A stretch of DNA of 30,166 bases from positions 1-30,166 of IMG/VR virus record IMGVR_UViG_3300047669_001117. One strand, written 5' to 3'. Position numbers and translations under genes: made by a program. The notes beneath the pieces are model-generated. The model saw only the letters and a list, made by a program, of their open reading frames with translations. It ran no database searches and was not told where the DNA came from. Source of the stretch: a virus (taxonomy: Duplodnaviria > Caudoviricetes). Positions 9,577-18,600 of the stretch are shown here, piece by piece; within the stretch, counting starts at the first letter, position 1; every line of letters starts with the position of its first letter.

Positions 9577-9972
9577 TTAAATCTCTAAGACTTTTTCTAT
9601 TTTACGTGAACTTCTCAATTGTTGGTATTCATTATAGTAATCATTCACCACTTCGAAGTATAAACTTGATACCTCTTCGAGAAACTTTTCAGTATCTTCG
9701 ATACGAATTGGGATATCATTTTTATCGAGCAATGAGATTTCAGTTTTACCACTTGAAACCACAAAGTTCATAAAAGAAATCAGTGATTGGTCAACGGAGA
9801 ACGAGCCACCAGAAGTACTGTAACTTAGTAAGTTTTGTGTTTTAACTTTAAGATTGTTTTTTGATAGATTGAAAGTCTTCATCGTGTTAGAAAAGTCTAA
9901 CGCTTTCTTTAATCGTTGTAAGTCTTCATCTGAGGGCTGTATAACGCCTTCTTCTTTTATAATGTCTGACAT
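9577..9972 (-). CDS. Hypothetical protein (131 aa), first gene of the modification operon
   Basis: ORF with AGGAG RBS at 9983-9979 and a promoter motif directly upstream. Confidence 0.85.
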   Translation of the reverse strand: MSDIIKEEGVIQPSDEDLQRLKKALDFSNTMKTFNLSKNNLKVKTQNLLSYSTSGGSFSVDQSLISFMNFVVSSGKTEISLLDKNDIPIRIEDTEKFLEEVSSLYFEVVNDYYNEYQQLRSSRKIEKVLEI

Positions 9973-9990
9973 GGTTTTCTCCTATATTAG

Positions 9991-10024
9991 TATTAATAAT
10001 ACAGTAAAACGGTGTGAAAGTCAA
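9991..10024 (-). promoter_or_regulatory. Sigma70-like promoter for the glycosyltransferase/radical SAM operon
   Basis: Minus strand TTGACT (10024-10019), 17-nt spacer, TATTAT (10001-9996). The overlapping TATTAATA (9998-9991) is one mismatch from the T4 late box TATAAATA. Confidence 0.7.
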
Positions 10025-10026
10025 GT

Positions 10027-10998
10027 CTAAAGAGAAGAAATAGTTGAATAAGTTGGGGATGGAAGAGTTACTCCGCCTGGGGTGTCTGATGGACGAATTT
10101 CATCTAGTGTAACAGTGAGTGTGCCAGCAACATAGTCAGTTCCTGTCCAACTTCCAGAATACGGTGGAGTAGACCATGAACCAGTATCAGCCGGATGGGC
10201 GTCATCAAATGATATCTTAACATCAATATCAGCCGTACCGTTAAGTTTTGCGTAAATGTTTAATTGATTTCCAGAATAGTCACCAGTACCACCCTTTGTG
10301 TATATGTTTGTGTAACTTGTAGTTAGGTTATTAAATCCTACTCCAGGTGTGCCTACACTTGCTGAACTCTCAGTTGTAGTATGTCCTAATTTTACAGTAG
10401 CAATTGCACTTAACATCGTTTCCCAGTCAACACTTTGTGCGTGAGAGGCATCTACACTGGTAAGTGTTGCATCAAATCTAACTTCACCACCTGAATTGAA
10501 AAAGTGTCTACGTGCATCTACGCCAGTAAATGATACCTTTGCTTCGTAGAATACTTGATTTATATTTGTCCAAGTAGGAGTACTTGGAGTTCCATTTGGG
10601 TCATAGAACGTGTTTGAGTTTGAAATTTGATTTGCTGTAACAATCATATATGCTACATTATTGTTCAATTTATTAGAGACTATAGTTGCTATATCAGTTG
10701 TCAACGCTGGCAGTACAGTAATGATATTGCTAACTGCAGGCCAACTAGCATCTGCTGTGCTAGTTGGTACTGTGATTGTTGATCCTTGGTGTTGGGCAGC
10801 AAATTTCATAGAAGTCAAAAGTTCATCCCACAATGATGCTGTCACTGAACCGCCTACTACAGCGTTAGTGACAACGAGATGATTTTGACCATATCCCGAA
10901 TCGCCTGCACCAATACCTACAATGTCGTTTATATCGTTAGCAAAAAGATTAAAGTCCGCGGCGCGAACTTTACCTCCTAGATAATAACTTTGTGGCAT
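10027..10998 (-). CDS. Putative virion/tail-associated structural protein (Ser/Thr/Gly-rich)
   Basis: Follows baseplate genes; fibre-like composition; motifs GYGQ, FFNSGGEVRF, YSGNQL, DYVAGTLTVT are shared with the neighbouring gene. Confidence 0.65.
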   Translation of the reverse strand: MPQSYYLGGKVRAADFNLFANDINDIVGIGAGDSGYGQNHLVVTNAVVGGSVTASLWDELLTSMKFAAQHQGSTITVPTSTADASWPAVSNIITVLPALTTDIATIVSNKLNNNVAYMIVTANQISNSNTFYDPNGTPSTPTWTNINQVFYEAKVSFTGVDARRHFFNSGGEVRFDATLTSVDASHAQSVDWETMLSAIATVKLGHTTTESSASVGTPGVGFNNLTTSYTNIYTKGGTGDYSGNQLNIYAKLNGTADIDVKISFDDAHPADTGSWSTPPYSGSWTGTDYVAGTLTVTLDEIRPSDTPGGVTLPSPTYSTISSL

Positions 10999-11024
10999 AA
11001 GAATCTATCTCTCAAAAGAACAGA

Positions 11025-11936
11025 TTATAACGAATCTGTTACAGTAAATGTTGGATTAGTTATACTAACTGATCCTGCTGGATTAGACATTTTCAACGAA
11101 TTAAATGTTACTGTTGATGTTCCAGGAACAGTATCATAACCAGACCAAGACCACGCTCCACCATAACCAGAACCACTACCTGAACGAGCCGTGTGAGCAT
11201 CGTTTAATGTAGTTTTCACGTAGAGGTCACCACCGTCTAAATATGCTTCCACTTGAATATAGTTTGTACTATAATCAGAATCATCTGCAAATTCCTTTTT
11301 GATAACTACATAACTGCCAGTCAAATCAGAATACTTATAATTAGTAGATGTATCTACGTTTGTTTCTGACGCTTTTGCTGAAATTTTGTATGTTCCCATT
11401 TCGCCAGCAAGTTGTGCCCAAGAAGTACCTTGATTTTCACTACCTGAAGCACTATGTGATGCCGAAACTCTAATTTCGCCACCTGCAGCCATCCAAGCAT
11501 TCATTGTAGTCATATTACCAAATGATGCACGTACTATTTGTACTCGTGAACCATTCCAGTTAGATGCTGTTTCTGTTGTTTCTTGTACTACACTTGTATC
11601 CCATCCAGTCGCATATGACCATGGTGCGTCAAAACGTGCAGTGATGTCTGTGTTAAAAGCACCTGCAACTGAACCATAATGAGTCCAAGCAACAGTTGTT
11701 CCTGCATCTACTGCCGTAAATGTATTTGTAATATTGTAAAAATTTGATATTTTTGCTGCCGCACTATAGATCGAATCTAAGTATGCATCATCAATTTGAT
11801 CACCTGCTGAGGGATTTGCCGCAACTGTGTGAGATTGGTTATAACCCCCAAGTACTCCAGTTCCGTTAAGTATCGTATTCATTTTGTCACGAAGACTACT
11901 TAAATCTGCGCTTGTTATTTGTGAGCCTGAAGCCAT
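11025..11936 (-). CDS. Putative virion/tail-associated structural protein, paralogue of 10027..10998
   Basis: GYNQ, WMAAGGEIRV, YSTNYI, DTVPGTSTVT; AGGAG RBS at 11948-11944. Confidence 0.65.
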   Translation of the reverse strand: MASGSQITSADLSSLRDKMNTILNGTGVLGGYNQSHTVAANPSAGDQIDDAYLDSIYSAAAKISNFYNITNTFTAVDAGTTVAWTHYGSVAGAFNTDITARFDAPWSYATGWDTSVVQETTETASNWNGSRVQIVRASFGNMTTMNAWMAAGGEIRVSASHSASGSENQGTSWAQLAGEMGTYKISAKASETNVDTSTNYKYSDLTGSYVVIKKEFADDSDYSTNYIQVEAYLDGGDLYVKTTLNDAHTARSGSGSGYGGAWSWSGYDTVPGTSTVTFNSLKMSNPAGSVSITNPTFTVTDSL

Positions 11937-11953
11937 TGTTATACTCCTAAAAT

Positions 11954-12619
11954 TTAACTAATTTGAATTGTAACTGTGTAATCAATTACAATTGTTCTAT
12001 TTGCTGACAGTAGGACGGGATGAAATGTCACATGTGTTAGCATTAATGTTTTTGTTTTATCTAGAACGCCACTATTAGTGACACCAGATAATAAACCAAT
12101 TTCATCAAAAGTGAATGCCGCCACTGAATCTACATCAGTTGAACTATCACTTGTTGGAATTGTCTCGCCCCCTTGACGAGAATCAGCGGCGTACAAAGCG
12201 TGAGATACTTCCACACTAAAGTTCACTTTTGCTGTGTTATTTGGTACAGTTTTACCACCCATATCCTGACCCGGATAATATACCGTGTTTGTTGTTGCTT
12301 GTTCGTACTTCGGTACATACAATGAAGAACCACTCGATGTTATCGGCAGTTGATCATATGTTGGAGTTACTCTTGGAGAACGATATGAAAGTGTTGTAGT
12401 AGAGACACTTCCGCCAGAGCCGAAACCCATCCAATTGATACTTGGTGATGAACCCGATGCATTCACACTTGTTGGTTTATTTGCAAGTGAGGATGCGAGT
12501 ACATACGCCATGTTTCCAGGATGTATTGCATTTTTCTTTTGTACAAGTATTTCTCCACTGTCTTTATCGTAGATTTTTAGTGTTCCAATTACTTGTGAGT
12601 CTATTTTGTCATTAAACAT
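11954..12619 (-). CDS. Putative baseplate/tail-fibre attachment protein
   Basis: Position after the wedge genes. The pattern KKNAI...MGFGSGG...FDEIGL...IDYTVTI resembles N-terminal baseplate-binding domains of myophage fibres (tail-collar/DUF3751-like). Confidence 0.55.
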   Translation of the reverse strand: MFNDKIDSQVIGTLKIYDKDSGEILVQKKNAIHPGNMAYVLASSLANKPTSVNASGSSPSINWMGFGSGGSVSTTTLSYRSPRVTPTYDQLPITSSGSSLYVPKYEQATTNTVYYPGQDMGGKTVPNNTAKVNFSVEVSHALYAADSRQGGETIPTSDSSTDVDSVAAFTFDEIGLLSGVTNSGVLDKTKTLMLTHVTFHPVLLSANRTIVIDYTVTIQIS

Positions 12620-12648
12620 GTATTCGTCTCTTTGTTTGTTCTTTATTA

Positions 12649-12672
12649 TATTTATCTTACATTGTATTTATG
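12649..12672 (-). promoter_or_regulatory. Tandem T4-late-like promoter boxes
   Basis: Minus strand CATAAATA (12672-12665) and GATAAATA (12656-12649) in the only sizeable gap, 30-50 nt upstream of ATG 12619. Confidence 0.6.
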
Positions 12673-12697
12673 CGTTCCGTCTATACGAAAAGTTACA

Positions 12698-15600
12698 CTA
12701 TAAGTCTTGTAAAACTATTTGCAACGGAGTATCAAGCACATATACAGTGTCAAGATTTGTAAATCCGTGTCCTAATCCAGTATATAACGCTCTATTGCTA
12801 ATGGTTAACTCTCTGCTTACTTTTTTCTCGTATAACATAAATTCTATATCAGAACTTCCTGCTTTTTGAACTGCAATCAGTTTTTTATTAGTATTAGATG
12901 CACCCGCATCGAATAGTGTTGCGTCTGATGACGTAACTGTAAGAGTTGTGCCAGTGAATGCAGATATAGTTCCTGTAGCAGAAGCATTTACACTATAACC
13001 TCTACCGTAAATATCGTAAACATAAAATATTGTTTTCTCTAAAGTATGTCCAGATGTCCCGCCAGTAATATCGACATCATAATCTTGTAATCTTACTATC
13101 GTTGCTTCGAGTCCATCGAATCTTACGAAGCCAGTATCAAATCCAGTGTTAGTATTTGTTAGATTATTTCTGTTTCTTAGCAATGAACCTTGTTCGTATT
13201 CTCCGTCTGATATACTTGAGAACGAATCAGGATTTGATGTGTCATAGTCACCGCCGTCTATCAATTGTTCTGCGTATCTACTTATGCCACCTTTGCCGAA
13301 TGCTATAGTCTGTATCATCTTTTCATCAATCGTAGTAGATGCAGTTAGTTTATCACTTGTTGAATGTGTTCGTGTAATTTCTCTTACTTTAACGTGATAT
13401 GGTTTTGCTTCTCTAACATATTCTAATACATCAGTCTCACTATCTCTTTGATACACAGCGTACTGTTTTAAATCTCTGTTATATAAATTCAAATCTATAT
13501 AACTTGTTTTAAACAACCAAGCAGGATAACTCTTTTCTGTATAAAGATAATTCACCATAGTGAAGAATATATTATTAATAAACGATGTGTCTGGATAATC
13601 CTGAATCATATTCATTAATTCTTGAATTTGAATTCCAACCGCATTGTCGTAATAGGTAGTAAATGATGTTTCTGGATATACCATGCTATCAAATGACACA
13701 CTCAATGAACTCTTACTTCTGTTAACTAATTTTAATACACCATCATGTTCAAAATAATATTCGTTATGAGTTGGTAATTTTATCTTAAATGATTTTATTC
13801 CACTGTTATACTCAGCCATCATATCAAAATTTCTAGTAGTTGATAGATACGAGAATACATCTATTGCCTTGTAATTATCATTTAGATACCAATCAGTTAG
13901 TTTAAAGATAATATCGTCAGTATCTATGTACTCCTTATAACTAGCATATGCACTTAGTAGTAACTTACTTTTCATTGTATCATTTATAATCGAAGCGAAA
14001 TTGCTTCTAGCAGTGAGATTGTTTGTAAACCAATTGTCAGCCTTACTCGCAACTTTGTACACTCTTAATATATCTCCTTCTATCATCGTGAATGACGTGC
14101 GAGATATCTTCAAGTTAGAACCATCAATAGTTAGATAACTTGCTTTTACGGTATCACTATTAACTGTGACTACTATGTCATTGATGGCTAAATCTGTAAT
14201 CCATGAAATTGGAATTATTGCGTGGTTCACATCAGATAATTGAGATGATGATAATCTCTGATTATAAGTATCTACTATTGTAAGATTAGATAATGAATCT
14301 ACCATATCAGTCAAGAATTTAGCAGGTACAGTAGTATCTGAATTCTCTGCTAACATCTCCCAATCAGAGTGACCTTTGCGAACTCCAGTCTCTTGTTGGT
14401 AATGTAATGTGGCACTAATTGTTTCGCTGTCATATGATGTAGCATTATTACTAATGAGGACACTTGATGAGCCAACTGGGATAAATTTATTCTTAGTACC
14501 ACCAGCAGAAATCAACATTGCAATTTCTACAACATCAGTACTTGCTGATGACCAGTAGAAATAATCTGTAACTTCTTTGCCCGCGACATCATCATAATAT
14601 TTCTTAGTATTATATGTTAGCGTCTCAACTGGTAATATTCTAGATTTCGTCCATTTCTTTACAACTACTGATGAGCCTGGCACTAATAGTCCCCAATATT
14701 TCTTCACGAATTTGACATCTAAGTTTCCATTGCTATCACCGTAATCATTGTATCTATAAAATCTTGATAAGTCAGTGTCCCACCAAATTTTATCCAACTT
14801 CTCATCTAACCATATATCAGAACTAGTTACTACATCATAACTCGCAGGGTCATTCCATGCGATGTAATCTAATTTAGAAACAATTGAGCCTGGCATCTTT
14901 AAATTAAGTGGATCATATATTTGATGATTAATAAAGTTTTCGCCATCCTTTATTATCAATCTTTTTGTTAAATCAGTGTCTATAACTGCTGATTGTTTAG
15001 CATACACTGAAAGTGTTCCTGTTGAACTTCTATCGAGTATCGCCCAGCCCTTATTCTCGTAATCATCTATCCATAGTTTACTTGTGCTATTCAGTCCTAA
15101 ACTACTATAGAAGTCTGTAAAAGTTGTACCATTAACACCCGAAGTATGGCGGATTGATTTCCAAAGCATTGCTTTGTAATTTGCACTACTTGTTACCGCA
15201 GAGTAATCTCTTACAAGACCTACTCTAGTTAACAATTCTGTTGTTGTTCCAGAGAAAGACATACTTACTCCAGCATGAGTAAATATCATTCTTCCATCAC
15301 TAGATAAATTAACTGATAGTCCCGCAGTGGAGGCTGCAGTAATTTGTCCAGCAAATCCTATTGCAGTAGAACTTAATACTGATGTGTTTGAAAATGTACC
15401 AACTGTTATTCCGATATCAGATAGAGAATTTCCTGTGATATTGCTAGTCACTATACTCTTTTCAGAACTCGTTATTAGTATTTGTCTGTCAGACTGCGTT
15501 GCAGTGGTTCCTGATGTAGAAAATACTTGAGTATTTAAATCATTGAGAATATTAACAGTAGCATCAACGATTCCATCTGAAAGTGATGCAAATCCTAATC

Positions 15601-18600
15601 TCCCCATAGCACCAGCAGTTACTTCGACTATATCTAGGTTATGATTTGTACTTGTTATCTTAATCGTGCCAGTTACAACCGCGGCTGATACGCCTGTTAT
15701 ACCCAAAGCGTTTATTTGTGCAACAACACTTGTTGCTGTTGGATTAGAATTCGATTGATATGTGCCTGCTGTGATTCCTAATTCGGATAATGCTGTTCCA
15801 GAAATAACCATTGAAGTGGCTGAACTTGCTATTACTATGTTAGTACCAACAGTACAAGTAATATTAGTTAGTGTATCAAGTTCGGTTGCTAAATTATCTA
15901 GTTTTGAATCGTAATATAATGTACCAGCAGAGAGACCTAGGTCTAGTAACACACTGCCCGACATATCTAATTCAGGAGATGATGTTGTTAGAACTAATTC
16001 GTTAGTTCCCGAGTTACTAGCAACTACTGAAGTTGATATCGAATTGATTGCTATAATAATATCAGCCAGAGTATCTCCGTTCGTAAGTGTCACAACTTGT
16101 CCATTAATTGATAATGGTTTCGTAGATGTCATTACTGGGGCTGTTACTGTTCCGGTTCTAGTTAAATCTGCTACTGTCTTTGTTACTCCATCGATAACAA
16201 CAGTTGTGCCTGTCGTTAATGGTGAACTCTTCACCGCTGTTGAAGTTAATGAGATTCCAGCAGAAGCACTGTAGGCTACAGTCAATGTTGTGCCGTCAAT
16301 TGTTAATATATCACTCACTGTTGAACTAAATGCGCCCGTTGTGGTAGCAACAGTACCAGAGAATGTAACTGTAGTATTTGTTGTGTTCTCAACTAATCCA
16401 CTAGCATTGTAAATAACAAATCTTGCTTGTTCGCCTTCTGCTACAACTGGGTTTGCAACTGTTCCTAGTATTGATATTCCAGAGGCAGAGGCTGCTCCAG
16501 GTGTATAAGTAAAACTCTCACCATCAATAATGAATATGTCACTGCCAGTGAATACCGGATTACTTACTGAACCGATTGCTTCAATGCCTGCATCTGCGTT
16601 CGTTGGAACAAAAATACTACTAGTAGTTGATGCATCTATTTCAACAATCACTGGCTCAAAATCTTCTTCGAATACTAGATATTCGTAGATAGTTGTGGCA
16701 CTTACTGTTTTTGTTCCATTTGCGGCAAGTAAATAATATCCATCTATCGATGGGTCTATTTCATCTCCAGAAATCTTTATATAAATTGGTTTATCAACAA
16801 ATGCAGAATCTATTGCAGTAAGCATTCCAATATATAATTGGTTGTCAGAAGTTTCTCCAACATAACTTATCTCTGCTACTTCACTTAATCGTACCACATC
16901 CCAGTCTCTATCTGTGTCGAATTGAACCCAGGCTGTGTCTCCTTCATATAATGTAGTAGTTGATGTTGCTAAATCCACTAGATCTTTTTGAGAGTTTACT
17001 TTGTAGTTTACATCTGAAGCATCAACATATCCTGCTGTTTTTATCGCTAGTGTGGGCTTAGTTGTTTGAGCAATAAGCGTTTTTGTTATGTTTGAATATT
17101 CTATTAAGAATGGATCACTAATCATATCATTGACTGTTATATCTTTTGTCATTGTAAGATTAGTTGATTCGTGTCCGTAGTCGCTTAACTTAACTGCCCA
17201 TATATCAGAATGCTTGATATCTTTAAAGTTACTATTGTTATTAACAATTCTATTAATACTTGAATTTGTTCCTTTGTGAGATAAGAATCCTTTATAGAAT
17301 TCTAGTTGTGATTCTCTTTCAACTCCATGGTTAGACAAGTATGCTCTAGTTGTATATCCCATGTGATTTGATTTTAATTTGTTAACTACCGACAATCCTT
17401 GGTCAACAAGAGTGTTTCTGTAGTGACGAGTTTCTTCAATCATTGTGTCAAAGTTTGGTATTAATTGATTATCGTTTACAAGATAACCATCAACAGACAT
17501 AGTTCCGTCCCAATCTACTGTTCGGTTACAATCAATTTGCATTCTAAGATTTCTAGTATGAGTGTGTGGGTCATATATAATATCTTCGTAACTGTCAACT
17601 CTGTCAACAACGAATGCGTGTTCGATATCTCTTACATCCATTTTCATTCCGTAGATAGGAATATTACTAGTGAATGATAATTTAGCACCGTCAGTGTGGA
17701 AACTAAGTTCAGTACTCGGTATAAGTCTGCCTGATGCATCTACTACTCGATAAAAATTCTTGAATGTTTCAGTGGCAACACTCGCAACACCATAATTAGC
17801 ATTGAAACTACCACCTGTTAATAGTGGAGTCAATGTAATGAAATCTCCAATGGTATGCTGTTCGCTCTGCCAATCTAAGAACTTGTACAATAGATTTTCC
17901 CAATCTATGATATCCCCACTTTGGTCTGAATCTGTAAATTCCCAACCTACTAATTTTAAGTAATGTTGATAACCCATAATTAAATGAGCAACATCATCTA
18001 CTGTTTCTAAGATATCGCCGTAATTATAATTCTTTATGGTATCATCTACTAACTCTTTATAACCACTCGCATGTGTTTTGTTTGTTGTTGGCCATTCTGT
18101 TACTGGTTTCCAATCTTTAATATTATCATCAAATATTGTAGTTGACGTATGATTTGTAAGACAAACATAAGGAGTCTCATTCCATAATACATATGAATCT
18201 AGTCTATAATATTCTCCACCTTGCCATTGTTTCAGAGGAAGTTTATCACCTGCTGTTGAAAATACTTTTTCGCCACTTGCTTTGTCCCAGCCCATCGAGT
18301 AGAATGTTGGATTAATCTCATCATACCCGTGTACTTGAAATCCAAACTTATTTGTCTTTGGTTGTGATATAAGTGTCCATGCACTATAATCAAAGGCGAT
18401 TACATTAGGTGTCGCTGATTCTTTTGCAGTTTGAGTTGTTACTTTTCTTTTATAATACTTACTATCATTTGAATTTAGAACAATATCTCCTTTAACATAA
18501 GTTGATGTACTAGCCAGGCTATATACAGGATATGGCACATCTAATGATACTTTTTCTAATACAATTGCACTGAAGTATTCACTTCTATTTGGTACACCAG

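Noticed and set aside
419-10024. RiPP cluster interpretation (rSAM-SPASM maturases plus precursor peptide)
   Set aside because: No precursor ORF, no RRE/PqqD domain, no transporter and no intergenic room. The GT context fits sugar chemistry better, though genes beyond the left edge are unseen.
12675-12690. Possible intrinsic terminator after the giant gene
   Set aside because: Only a 6-bp AU-rich stem with a G-U pair and no U tract on the coding strand.
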